DNA of 64,000 nt from an uncultured virus (IMG/VR IMGVR_UViG_3300013109_000180) (taxonomy: Duplodnaviria > Heunggongvirae > Uroviricota > Caudoviricetes), in IMG/VR virus record IMGVR_UViG_3300013109_000180; one strand, written 5' to 3'. This document shows, piece by piece, positions 20,215 to 28,838 of the stretch. Each line of letters starts with the position of its first letter. Positions within the stretch are counted from its first letter, which is position 1. The notes beneath the pieces are model-generated. The model was given only the letters and a program-made list of their open reading frames with translations. It was not told the DNA's origin and did no database searches. Both the position numbers and the translations under genes were made by a program.

Positions 20215-20313
20215 ATCTGCCCAAATTCACCAATTTTTCACCAAAAAATCCAAAAAAAATCAAAAAAAAAATTAAAGCCCTTATACAGTAAGGGCTGTAG
20301 CCGCCGTTAAAGG

Positions 20314-20342
20314 TTGACAATCAAGACATCTTGCCGTATAAT
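20314..20342 (+). promoter_or_regulatory. Strong sigma70-type (early) promoter with upstream palindrome
   Basis: TTGACA-N17-TATAAT; AGCCCTTA-N5-TAAGGGCT at 20276-20296. Confidence 0.85.
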
Positions 20343-20371
20343 ATAGTTATATTAAACAATAAAGGAAGGAT

Positions 20372-20665
20372 ATGAAAAACTCAAAAGCATTTTTAAACAG
20401 TTTTAAAACAAAATATATGGTTGGAATTCGCCCTAGAGAAGCGAATTGTTCACACGTTGATAGTGTTTATGTAAAAGCATTTGGTATACAAGATGCACTT
20501 AATAGAGTTGATGCGGCAATTGAACATTTAGACTGGATTGTTAAAGATGTTATACCAGCAGGTGATGAGTTATTTGGTGATGATGAGGTATGTTGTGCTG
20601 ATGGTAGAGCACCAGTTAAAGATATTGGTATTGCTACTGAGTTTTTTGGAATTACTTTTTCTTAG
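20372..20665 (+). CDS. Hypothetical early protein
   Basis: ORF behind promoter and AAGGA RBS. Confidence 0.7.
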   Translation: MKNSKAFLNSFKTKYMVGIRPREANCSHVDSVYVKAFGIQDALNRVDAAIEHLDWIVKDVIPAGDELFGDDEVCCADGRAPVKDIGIATEFFGITFS

Positions 20666-20673
20666 GAGATTAT

Positions 20674-21093
20674 ATGAAAGCAGATATTAAACCTTTTGTT
20701 GATTTATTTAAAAAGCCTTCTTATGCAGAAGTTGAAATTGTTTATGAAACACGTGGAGTTACTATTCCTAAAACTCTAATGTTGGGCTTAGAAAAATCAA
20801 CAAGTCGTCTTTATGTATTTGAGTGGAGTGTAAAAAACGAAGGTACACCTGCTGAAACAGGAGACTTTGTTGCAGGACGTTTTTTAACTTTTGAAGGTAA
20901 CAGTTGGGTAAGCAGACATACAAGCCCACCAGTTAAATTTAAAACTTATGAAGAAATCACCAAGTATTGGAACGAGAACATGGTTCTTCACCCAATGCCA
21001 CCTAAAGGAACAAAAGAATACGAAGATAGTATTCTTAACGGATATATTTGTGAGATGTCAGAAGGTATGTCATCTCTTTCACACGTAGGATAA
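20674..21093 (+). CDS. Hypothetical protein
   Basis: AGGAG RBS; 139 aa. Confidence 0.7.
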   Translation: MKADIKPFVDLFKKPSYAEVEIVYETRGVTIPKTLMLGLEKSTSRLYVFEWSVKNEGTPAETGDFVAGRFLTFEGNSWVSRHTSPPVKFKTYEEITKYWNENMVLHPMPPKGTKEYEDSILNGYICEMSEGMSSLSHVG

Positions 21094-21097
21094 TATT

Positions 21098-21451
21098 ATG
21101 GGTATGAATAGAAGATTTGGTATAGATAAAACGTGGACAGGAAATGATCACAGTGTCTTAAAATTATTGTTTGCTGATTGTATTATAGATACATTGTCAG
21201 TTGACGACATGAGCGAACTTGCTGAAAAGTATACAGGTAAAAAACGATTTGAAGGCCGTTTAAAAGAACACAAGGTTCTACGTTGGGCAAAATCTAACAA
21301 TATTCCTTTTGAGGATATGCTAGTAGATTTTTTAGAGTTGAAACTTATAACACCTGAGATAGTTGATAATAGTGTAAAGATAAAAAACTATGAAGATACT
21401 ATTTTTGTTGAAAGGTGGATTAAGGAACAAACAGAGGGCCAAGCAATATGA
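21098..21451 (+). CDS. Hypothetical protein
   Basis: AGGA RBS; 117 aa. Confidence 0.7.
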   Translation: MGMNRRFGIDKTWTGNDHSVLKLLFADCIIDTLSVDDMSELAEKYTGKKRFEGRLKEHKVLRWAKSNNIPFEDMLVDFLELKLITPEIVDNSVKIKNYEDTIFVERWIKEQTEGQAI

Positions 21452-21570
21452 GATTGTCAGTAAAAATGAAGATTTTTATTATGCTTGGATTTATAACATT
21501 AGCAATGTTGCTGATGTTAAAATTTATATTTTGGGGCAAAGTAGCATTTGCACCATACATAGGAGCATAA
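21448..21570 (+). CDS. Hydrophobic microprotein (40 aa, not in ORF track)
   Basis: ATGA overlap; MRLSVKMKIFIMLGFITLAMLLMLKFIFWGKVAFAPYIGA. Confidence 0.6.
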   Translation: MRLSVKMKIFIMLGFITLAMLLMLKFIFWGKVAFAPYIGA

Positions 21571-21571
21571 T

Positions 21572-21640
21572 ATGTTAGAAGGCGCACTTATAATACTAAC
21601 CTTGCAGGTTATTGTTGTATTAATGACAATGGAAATTTAG
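21572..21640 (+). CDS. Hydrophobic microprotein (22 aa)
   Basis: AGGAG RBS; MLEGALIILTLQVIVVLMTMEI. Confidence 0.55.
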   Translation: MLEGALIILTLQVIVVLMTMEI

Positions 21641-21641
21641 T

Positions 21642-21752
21642 ATGAATTTTATTATAGAAACTATTGTTTATTACGTGATGTGGATCATCATAATATTTGG
21701 TTCGCTAATCGCATTATCAATAATTTTAACATTATTAGGAGTAGGAGTATAA
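21642..21752 (+). CDS. Hydrophobic microprotein (36 aa)
   Basis: MNFIIETIVYYVMWIIIIFGSLIALSIILTLLGVGV, 1 nt after the upstream stop. Confidence 0.6.
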   Translation: MNFIIETIVYYVMWIIIIFGSLIALSIILTLLGVGV

Positions 21753-21872
21753 TGGTTTATGTGGTACTCACAAAGGCGGGCCGTGTTGCCCACATGAGGG
21801 TGAGCTAAGTTAGTCAGTTAAAACAGGTGTATGCCAAGACTGATAAGCCGCACCAAATTAATAGGAGTTTAA

Positions 21873-22278
21873 CTCATATGATTAAGGAATTTGCTGATAC
21901 ATTTGCAGTAATGGACAAAGAAGAAATTAAACAAATGATATTTGATTTTATGTATAGTGGAACTGATATTCCTGAAGAAGCAGAACAGATTAACTTTGAG
22001 AATTATTTTGAGAAGTGGTGGAAAAATTATAGTAAGGAGATAAAATGATAACAATTTGGGCAGACTATAACGAAGAGAATAAGAAACTATTACGAAAGTA
22101 TATTAGTCCTAATTCTGAGAGTAGCACATTCAAAGGCATTCCTATGTCATTGTATGGTAAAGTGACAAGATTGCTACCTAGCAAAGATAGGCGAATTAAG
22201 TTCAGAGGTTCAAGTACACCTAGTTATAATAGACCTCAATCTCATATGATTAAGGAATTTGCTGATACATTTGCAGTA
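21873..22278 (+). repeat. Exact 38-nt direct repeat (21873-21910 and 22241-22278)
   Basis: ctcatatgattaaggaatttgctgatacatttgcagta occurs twice, encoding HMIKEFADTFAV in adjacent ORFs. Confidence 0.95.
21878..22048 (+). CDS. Hypothetical protein (start likely ATG 21878)
   Basis: AGGAG RBS ~10 nt upstream; MIKEFADTFAVMDKEEIK. Confidence 0.55.
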   Translation: MIKEFADTFAVMDKEEIKQMIFDFMYSGTDIPEEAEQINFENYFEKWWKNYSKEIK

Positions 22279-22323
22279 TATTATGACAATGATGTGGTTT
22301 TACATTTAGGTAGGCCTCAATGA
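22045..22323 (+). CDS. Hypothetical protein
   Basis: AAGGAG RBS; 92 aa. Confidence 0.65.
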   Translation: MITIWADYNEENKKLLRKYISPNSESSTFKGIPMSLYGKVTRLLPSKDRRIKFRGSSTPSYNRPQSHMIKEFADTFAVYYDNDVVLHLGRPQ

Positions 22324-22508
22324 TAGAGAAATTTAACTCAATATTAATCTTACTTATAGGGGTTATTTTAGCAATTCTTGTGTATAAGTTTGTTATAAAT
22401 ATTAGTGAAGTTACTACAAAAGACCTTATAGATAGTATCAAAGAGGTACCTGAGGCACAAGATAAAGGGATTATTCTTGAAGAAAACCTAATAATTGTAA
22501 GAAATTAG
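22320..22508 (+). CDS. Small single-TM protein
   Basis: ATGA overlap; hydrophobic N-terminus. Confidence 0.6.
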   Translation: MIEKFNSILILLIGVILAILVYKFVINISEVTTKDLIDSIKEVPEAQDKGIILEENLIIVRN

Positions 22509-22519
22509 GTAAAAAAAGG

Positions 22520-22548
22520 TTGACAAGTAACCCATCTTACCGTATTAT
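22520..22548 (+). promoter_or_regulatory. Sigma70-type (early) promoter
   Basis: TTGACA-N17-TATTAT with the shared ATCTTACCG spacer motif. Confidence 0.8.
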
Positions 22549-22576
22549 ATAAGTATAGTTAAAAAAAGGAAATATT

Positions 22577-23083
22577 ATGAATGCATTAGTACAACACATT
22601 GAAGCAATAAACGTTAAATCCCAGGCTTGGGTTGACGAAGACCCTAAAAATAGATGGTCTGGTATGGTTGTTACTGATCCTAAACATTGGGCAGAGTATG
22701 GAATTTATACTCCTGCTGAGTATGATCGTTATCAAGACGAAACTACTCTTTATGAGTTGGCTTCAACTGCTTATTCTAAGAGTTATGCTAGAAGTTTAAA
22801 TACTTCAGCTATGTCAGATGCTGAACTTAAAAAAGCAATCGAGCATTATGGTAAAGCGGCTGATGAAGTAATGGAAGCCGAAGCAGAAGAAGAAAAAGTT
22901 CGTGTAAAAGAATTTGAAGATCGTATTACTCAAACTATTATTGATGGAGCAAATGATCGTAAAACTGCTATTAAGTGGATTTTACAAGGCGAAGGTCTTG
23001 CCGATGAAGCCGATGCAGGTTATGTTTGTTTCTCACTTGGTCTTCCATACAGTATGGAAAACGAATTTAAGAAAGCGGCATAA
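22577..23083 (+). CDS. Phage hypothetical early protein
   Basis: 168 aa; AAGGA RBS; behind promoter. Confidence 0.75.
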   Translation: MNALVQHIEAINVKSQAWVDEDPKNRWSGMVVTDPKHWAEYGIYTPAEYDRYQDETTLYELASTAYSKSYARSLNTSAMSDAELKKAIEHYGKAADEVMEAEAEEEKVRVKEFEDRITQTIIDGANDRKTAIKWILQGEGLADEADAGYVCFSLGLPYSMENEFKKAA

Positions 23084-23244
23084 TGAAAAAAGACGAAAAA
23101 CAATTACAAAAATTAACTGAGGAGTGGACAAAAAAGATTAAGAAAATGTCACCACACCTTAAACCTAAAGAAGTCCAACTGTTAGCAGAAGTAGCGGCAG
23201 AGGCAAAATTATCACAAAAAATAAAAGAGAAGATATCACAGTAG
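23083..23244 (+). CDS. Small hypothetical protein (53 aa, not in ORF track)
   Basis: TAATG coupling; MKKDEKQLQKLTEEWTKKIKKMSPHLKPKEVQLLAEVAAEAKLSQKIKEKISQ. Confidence 0.6.
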   Translation: MKKDEKQLQKLTEEWTKKIKKMSPHLKPKEVQLLAEVAAEAKLSQKIKEKISQ

Positions 23245-23288
23245 TTTATTTTAAATAAAGCCTGTATTTAAGTTCAGGTAAATTGCAA

Positions 23289-23295
23289 ATAAATA
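23289..23295 (+). promoter_or_regulatory. Late promoter core (ATAAATA)
   Basis: Intergenic ATAAATA preceding a ~240-nt non-coding leader. Confidence 0.55.
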
Positions 23296-23309
23296 CTGAG
23301 ATTTAAAAG

Positions 23310-23510
23310 AAAACGTAATGGTTGCGATGGAGATACTTTTCATCTCAATATTATGGTTCAAGGAAGGCGGGTTTGTCCAAACGACCGCACTAAAAAGCGT
23401 AGGATAGATTGTAAAAAAGCGATTTTTTATAATTGAAAGTAAGTTAGAATAAGTGCCGGTAGTGACCGCCGAGCCTAAGATACAAAAAATCAAGAAAATG
23501 GTTACGTTAA
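23310..23510 (+). ncRNA. Candidate structured RNA / 5' leader (family not recognised)
   Basis: Closing stem AACGTAAT(23312-19)/GTTACGTT(23501-08); 11-bp hairpin with GCGA tetraloop (23408-23433); hairpins at 23330-46, 23367-88 and 23457-68. Confidence 0.5.
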
Positions 23511-23533
23511 AATAAAAAAAATAGGAGAAACAT

Positions 23534-23755
23534 ATGATAGATAAAATCACAAACGGCGTTGCGGCCGCAACAGGTATTGGCGTTTCGTTGATATCTTTAG
23601 CGATCGTTTTACAAGTCGTATTCGGTGGTAGTGTTCCTTTCCTTGGTGGTGATGTGATTGGTACCGTCATTGGAATAGTTCAACAACTTGGGAATGCTGG
23701 TCTAGTTGGTCTTATTTCTGCAGTAATCGTGTGGAAATTGTTTGATCGTGACTAA
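23534..23755 (+). CDS. Small two-helix membrane protein
   Basis: AGGAG RBS; two hydrophobic/amphipathic helices; C-ending codon bias suggesting high expression. Confidence 0.8.
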   Translation: MIDKITNGVAAATGIGVSLISLAIVLQVVFGGSVPFLGGDVIGTVIGIVQQLGNAGLVGLISAVIVWKLFDRD

Positions 23756-23788
23756 AAGTTAGCTCATTTAATGAGCGAAACTTCTTTT

Positions 23789-23825
23789 AAACCCTTGTTT
23801 TGTATTGCAAATCAAGGGTTTTTTT
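23789..23825 (+). terminator. Rho-independent terminator-like hairpin
   Basis: AAACCCTTG...CAAGGGTTT followed by a T-run. Confidence 0.65.
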
Positions 23826-23838
23826 GTGGTTTAAAAAC

Positions 23839-23867
23839 TTGACAAATAAGATATCTTGCCGTATAAT
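23839..23867 (+). promoter_or_regulatory. Sigma70-type (early) promoter
   Basis: TTGACA-N17-TATAAT with ATCTTGCCG spacer motif. Confidence 0.85.
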
Positions 23868-23897
23868 ATACACATAAACTAAAAAAGAGGCAAAATT

Positions 23898-24557
23898 ATG
23901 GTTAAAATACTAGGTTGGGCAGTTAACGGTCTTACTATGATTGCTATTTTAATATTCGCATTTGGGTCACTTATTTGGCCTGCACCAGACTTAGCCGCAG
24001 ATACAACAGGTATCGCTCCCGATTATCATGAAGTTCTCAATAGTGATGATTATCTTAATGATAGTTTTAATACTGAATTTTATACACAAGCAGATATAAA
24101 ATGCTTGACTGAGAATATGTATCACGAAGCACGTAGTGATGGATATGCAGGTATGTATGCTACAACTATGGTAGTGATGAATCGTGTTGGAGATTGGCGT
24201 TATCCAAATACAGTTTGTGAGGTTGTTAAGCAAGGTCCTACTAGAGAGAGTTGGAAAACTAGACAACATACAGACTTAGCAGAAGAAGAACGTATTTATT
24301 TTCCTGTTATTAATAAATGTCAATTTAGTTGGTATTGCGATGGTAGGGAAGATACAATGTATGATGAAGAATCACTTCATATAGCAGAAAAAATTGCACA
24401 TTTAGTTCTTAGTGTTTATGAATCAGACTCTGTAGTAGATATTACAGAAGGAGCAACACATTATCATACTACTTCTGTTTCTCCATATTGGATAAATGAT
24501 CGTGGAATGATGAAGGTTGTACAAATAGGCTCTCATATATTTTATAGATGGAATTAA
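23898..24557 (+). CDS. Cell wall hydrolase (SleB/Hydrolase_2 family)
   Basis: CLTENMYHEARS, VVMNRV, YPNTVCEVV, CQFSWYCDG, GATHYH, IGSHIFY. Confidence 0.9.
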   Translation: MVKILGWAVNGLTMIAILIFAFGSLIWPAPDLAADTTGIAPDYHEVLNSDDYLNDSFNTEFYTQADIKCLTENMYHEARSDGYAGMYATTMVVMNRVGDWRYPNTVCEVVKQGPTRESWKTRQHTDLAEEERIYFPVINKCQFSWYCDGREDTMYDEESLHIAEKIAHLVLSVYESDSVVDITEGATHYHTTSVSPYWINDRGMMKVVQIGSHIFYRWN

Positions 24558-24568
24558 CAGGAGGTTAA

Positions 24569-25303
24569 ATGTACATTTATTTCGGAAAGTACTTTCACAG
24601 GCATGGTAAGGACATTAGTAATGCTAATGAAATTAAAATAGGTAGAACTGTTGATCTTAGTCAACGAGAATCTCAACTTAATAATACTAAAATGACAATA
24701 GGTTATACTATTGTTAAAGCCTTTGAAACAGGTGACGACACAAATAAAGTTGAAAAACAGTTACACGCAATACTTCCGAATAGACTTGATGGTGAATGGT
24801 TCGATCAAGCTGAAGAAGATCAAACTTTAATAGCTCGTGGAACTAAGTTTATGGAAATTAGTGGATATCCAGAAGTTGATTTAGGACTTGATAGTGATGA
24901 AGATGTAAACAAAGTTCGTAAGATTGAAAGAGACAATGATCATTGGAGAGAGTTCTTTGAACAGAAAAAAGAAGAACATCCTGAATGGTTTAAGATTGCT
25001 TGTCAAACTTGGGCATATTCAGGAGCAATGTTTTCAAATTTTAATATCATTGTAGGTGCTTCAGGTTCAAAAGGACAATTTGATGTTAAAATTGAACTTA
25101 AAGGAAAGCCATTAGATGATGACTTCTCTAACTACCCAGAAGTAACATCAATACTTAAAGAAATACTTGGTGGTAAGTTTGTAGAACGAAAATTTTATTG
25201 TCGTGCTGTTTTTGATTCGTTTGATGAGGCATTTGAGCATTATAAGAAGATTATAACTGCTGGTAAGGAAGGCGATATTAATTTAAATAAGGAAGATAGT
25301 TAA
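24569..25303 (+). CDS. GIY-YIG-like (T5orf172/MUG113) domain protein
   Basis: YIY...IKIGRT...RESQLN...EKQLH...GEWF. Confidence 0.75.
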   Translation: MYIYFGKYFHRHGKDISNANEIKIGRTVDLSQRESQLNNTKMTIGYTIVKAFETGDDTNKVEKQLHAILPNRLDGEWFDQAEEDQTLIARGTKFMEISGYPEVDLGLDSDEDVNKVRKIERDNDHWREFFEQKKEEHPEWFKIACQTWAYSGAMFSNFNIIVGASGSKGQFDVKIELKGKPLDDDFSNYPEVTSILKEILGGKFVERKFYCRAVFDSFDEAFEHYKKIITAGKEGDINLNKEDS

Positions 25304-26007
25304 TGGATCACACAGACTTTAAAGAAGCACGTTATCTTGAAAAAGATTGGTTCAGTACATTTACATTAGGGCATGATGATCCTGGTACTAGAAATTGGCT
25401 TGATGAAGGTGAAAAGAAATTAGGTTGTGCACCAGGTTGGCAAGAAGAGAGTGTAGAGTATTACATTAATGATTGGCGTTATAGAGGTGAATTAGTTCCA
25501 GCAATGGGAGCATCAGCGGCATTTGGGTGTAGTTATACATTTGGATATGGTATAAATGACCCTTATCCTGTACTCTTAGACGCTGTAAATTGCGGTTTAA
25601 GCGGTGCTAGTAACGATCAAATAGCAAGGCTAGCCATAACATATTGTAAAACATTTAAACCAAAGAAAATATACGTTATGTGGACATTTAAGGCTCGTAG
25701 AGAGCATATACACGAAAACGGTGCATTAGAAAAGTTTAGAAATTTGTCAGAAGAAGCAATTAAAGAAGAATTAAAGTCACCAACTTGGTTAAGTTCATAT
25801 CTAACATTAATGAATGATAAAAGTGATCATTATAATTATCAAAAGAACAAATTAATGTTGTTTAATTTTTGTGAAAACAATGATATTGTATTAAGACAGA
25901 AAGAAATACTTGACTTGTCAAAGGCAAATTTTTCATTGGCAAGAGATAACGATCATCCTGGACCAGATTGGCATACTAACATAGCTGGAATTTTGTCAGA
26001 AGGGTGA
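25303..26007 (+). CDS. SGNH/GDSL hydrolase-like protein
   Basis: FGCSYTFG, NCGLSGASND, DNDHPG. Confidence 0.7.
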   Translation: MDHTDFKEARYLEKDWFSTFTLGHDDPGTRNWLDEGEKKLGCAPGWQEESVEYYINDWRYRGELVPAMGASAAFGCSYTFGYGINDPYPVLLDAVNCGLSGASNDQIARLAITYCKTFKPKKIYVMWTFKARREHIHENGALEKFRNLSEEAIKEELKSPTWLSSYLTLMNDKSDHYNYQKNKLMLFNFCENNDIVLRQKEILDLSKANFSLARDNDHPGPDWHTNIAGILSEG

Positions 26008-26840
26008 AACACTTAAAAGACATAACAGGAGAATACATGTTTGATCATTGGCTTAAGAATCATCACAGATTGGGTGGGTTTCTTGCGTCTAGTTATGTAG
26101 ATTGGGACATATTACATTCTCCTGAAGATGATGTAGTAAGTAAATTGGAAGATTTTAGACGTGTTCCATTTGAGGCTGTAATGGAATTTGCTGATGCAGG
26201 TATTACTGATAATTCAATGGAATATAGAGATGTGATGGAAGATGTAAGCAAAATTTTCTATCTATGTGAATTAATCCAACATAATGAATTAACATATAAT
26301 CCGCAAATCTTACACGAACCTTGGCATAACAGATATAGAGTACATCCAGGTAGTGGCAGACTTATGGCATTATGGTTATGTGGTTACGAACAAATAAAAA
26401 CTATTTACATTCACTTTGACGAGCCAGGATTTCAACCACCAGGTGATTGTTTTATTATTAAAGATAGGAAAACTGCTCATAATGAATTTCATATCAATCC
26501 ACAAATGCATGGTATTAGTACACGCCATAAACTTCAAATAGAAACATATGCGGCTTTTCCTAAATTAGAAACTGAATGCATAAAAACAAAACATATGGAT
26601 CATGAATGGGATTGGAATCATATTCATACTGATAAGTATTGGCAATTTATGAGATTTAGTGAAGGCGTAGAATTTTTAGATTATAAAAATATGTGGAGAT
26701 CTTATGCCATTGATGCTTGGCAAGACTTACAACAGGAACATATACAAGTAGGATCAACTCAATTCGATCTTAATCATATTGGAAAAGTAACCAAAGTTAA
26801 ACGAAGTACATCACCGGGTTATTTTTACCTTCAAAAATAA
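26004..26840 (+). CDS. Hypothetical protein (weak ParB/Srx-like motif)
   Basis: GTGA overlap; YRVHPGSGRLMAL. Confidence 0.55.
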   Translation: MKHLKDITGEYMFDHWLKNHHRLGGFLASSYVDWDILHSPEDDVVSKLEDFRRVPFEAVMEFADAGITDNSMEYRDVMEDVSKIFYLCELIQHNELTYNPQILHEPWHNRYRVHPGSGRLMALWLCGYEQIKTIYIHFDEPGFQPPGDCFIIKDRKTAHNEFHINPQMHGISTRHKLQIETYAAFPKLETECIKTKHMDHEWDWNHIHTDKYWQFMRFSEGVEFLDYKNMWRSYAIDAWQDLQQEHIQVGSTQFDLNHIGKVTKVKRSTSPGYFYLQK

Positions 26841-26842
26841 GC

Positions 26843-26849
26843 ATAAATA
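26843..26849 (+). promoter_or_regulatory. Late promoter core (ATAAATA)
   Basis: Intergenic ATAAATA, 5 nt before ATG 26855. Confidence 0.65.
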
Positions 26850-26854
26850 ACAGT

Positions 26855-27373
26855 ATGCCAAGCACCAAGCAGATTCTAACTAATTCACATGAGCTTGAAA
26901 CCTTCATGCAAGAATGTGATAACAGAAATTACACCAACAATAACAGTTTACATGCTCTAAAATTTGAGTGGTGTATGGAAACTGGTGGTAGTTGGTGGGG
27001 CACATATAATAATAATCGTTTGGTAGCAATTAGTGGTATACATCCTTTTAAAGATGGATATCGTGCATTGTTTCGTGGAGCTCAAATTGAATTAAAAAAA
27101 CTTGATGGATTAAGTAAATATCAAAAGCAGAATTATGGATTTAATGATCATTTACCATTACAAATTGAATGGGCAAATAATCCTAATATCTATATTACTA
27201 CTAGTCCATATGATAATAATGATAGAAGTGGTAAGATGAGTCGTATACATAGAAGTGCAATTGTTTTAGAAAAGCAAGGAGTTTTGACTTATGTTAACGA
27301 GGAAGAAGTTTTTTATGTACCACAAGTTATATGGAAGTTAAATCAGAAAAGATATTATGAAATTAGAACCTGA
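26855..27373 (+). CDS. GNAT-fold-like hypothetical protein
   Basis: WWGTYNNNRLVAISGIHPF...YRALFRGAQ beta-strand pattern; fold call tentative. Confidence 0.5.
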   Translation: MPSTKQILTNSHELETFMQECDNRNYTNNNSLHALKFEWCMETGGSWWGTYNNNRLVAISGIHPFKDGYRALFRGAQIELKKLDGLSKYQKQNYGFNDHLPLQIEWANNPNIYITTSPYDNNDRSGKMSRIHRSAIVLEKQGVLTYVNEEEVFYVPQVIWKLNQKRYYEIRT

Positions 27374-28140
27374 TCTTCTGTTTCTGTAGTTCTAACCCTT
27401 AACCATTCTTTCAGTTCTTTATAATTGAATTTACCTAGTGGAATGTTCATTACACGTTCATGATTAACTGCTTTACGAAATATGTTGCTTGAAAGCATTT
27501 TAGCATATGTTTCTTTTCTAAGTCTATCTTCCATTGCAGGTTCATAAAACTTTTTCTTTCTTTCAAATGCCCATACATCAGCTACATTTAGATCATTCTT
27601 TCTACCGTGCAATATTTTTAAAAATGCTAAGTATTCGTTATCCTTTGGAACTACGCCATAGTGTTTAACATATGCAGGAAATTGCGTAACAAGGTCAATA
27701 TATCTGTTTGTTGTAGTTTCTGGATCATGTATAATATTAAAAATCAAACTGTGAGGAAAATATTCTAGTATTTTAGCAGGCATACTATGTGTACAAAATA
27801 GTACTCTTTCACCATTATTAATAATATCATCACCGCCATTTTTTTCAAATAATTCATCAAACAATTTATAATAATGCTTTTCATTAGGCATATACTTTTC
27901 TACATAATCATGTGGAGGAGGAAGTTTACCTTTTGGAGTTATTCTATCAAAATGGTATCTGCTTAATTGTCTTTGTCTAGCTGATAAATGTGGTTTAGAC
28001 ACATTCCATGGATTAATTCCATTCTCTTCACAACTATACCAATGCATACAAGGCATTGTTGCTATTATTCTAGCAAGTTTATGTCCACGTGCACCAGGTT
28101 CAAAACTAACAAATACATGTTTGTTTTTTAATTTACGCAT
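27355..28140 (-). CDS. Hypothetical protein, sulfotransferase/P-loop-like
   Basis: FVSFEPGARGHKLARII N-terminal loop; FCTH motif. Confidence 0.5.
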   Translation of the reverse strand: MRKLKNKHVFVSFEPGARGHKLARIIATMPCMHWYSCEENGINPWNVSKPHLSARQRQLSRYHFDRITPKGKLPPPHDYVEKYMPNEKHYYKLFDELFEKNGGDDIINNGERVLFCTHSMPAKILEYFPHSLIFNIIHDPETTTNRYIDLVTQFPAYVKHYGVVPKDNEYLAFLKILHGRKNDLNVADVWAFERKKKFYEPAMEDRLRKETYAKMLSSNIFRKAVNHERVMNIPLGKFNYKELKEWLRVRTTETEDQVLIS

Positions 28141-28838
28141 CTTTGTTTCTCCTCTGTATTATTTTTTCTTCCTAGAAACCAATAAGTACTATCTTTGTAT
28201 TCCACTAAATCACCTGTAGCAAACCAATCGTCAAAAACACAAATGTCACCTTTAACATGAAGTTCATTATCTATGATTTTTGTATCACAGTAAATAGTGT
28301 CTCCCATAATGCTTTCATGTTCTACTACTGTATCACCTTTGTTAAATATTTTATTAATAGCAACTGGCCCTACTTCACTCATGCCCCAATTAACGATAAA
28401 TGTAGCACCTTTGTCAATAAATGCTTTAATAATATTACTATGCACTCTATCGCTACCACACATAATAGTTATTCCATTAAAATCAAATCCATTTTTAAAT
28501 GTTTTAGTAGCCATAATACCTCTAGCCATGTTAGGTGTTAAATGGCTATGCGTATATCCGTTTTGAATATTTTTAATCCATGTATATGGGTTATATGGTT
28601 CTATGTCTACATGAGCATCAACACTTATTGCAGGAAGTGTTTGTGCGAACAACCCACCTGCATGATCTAATGTACATACTGTTAAGATTTTACTCTTTTC
28701 AGTAATTTTTTGACATCTTACGGCCGCTTTGTTTGCAAAGTAAATCTTTTCTGGGCTTTGCCATATAGGCTTCTTAGGACCTGTGGTGCCGCTGGTACTT
28801 ATTGTGCATCCATTACTTAGAATTGTTCTTAAGTTCAT
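28128..28838 (-). CDS. Minimal AMP-binding (ANL adenylate-forming) enzyme
   Basis: STSGTTGPKK (A3), NWGMSE (A5), WFATGD (A7), FLGR (A8); lacks the usual C-terminal domain. Confidence 0.8.
   Translation of the reverse strand: MNLRTILSNGCTISTSGTTGPKKPIWQSPEKIYFANKAAVRCQKITEKSKILTVCTLDHAGGLFAQTLPAISVDAHVDIEPYNPYTWIKNIQNGYTHSHLTPNMARGIMATKTFKNGFDFNGITIMCGSDRVHSNIIKAFIDKGATFIVNWGMSEVGPVAINKIFNKGDTVVEHESIMGDTIYCDTKIIDNELHVKGDICVFDDWFATGDLVEYKDSTYWFLGRKNNTEEKQRCVN

Noticed and set aside
24569..25303. GIY-YIG-like gene as an intron-encoded homing endonuclease
   Set aside because: It is free-standing with its own RBS and the flanking genes are uninterrupted; no intron or intein was seen, including in the polymerase.
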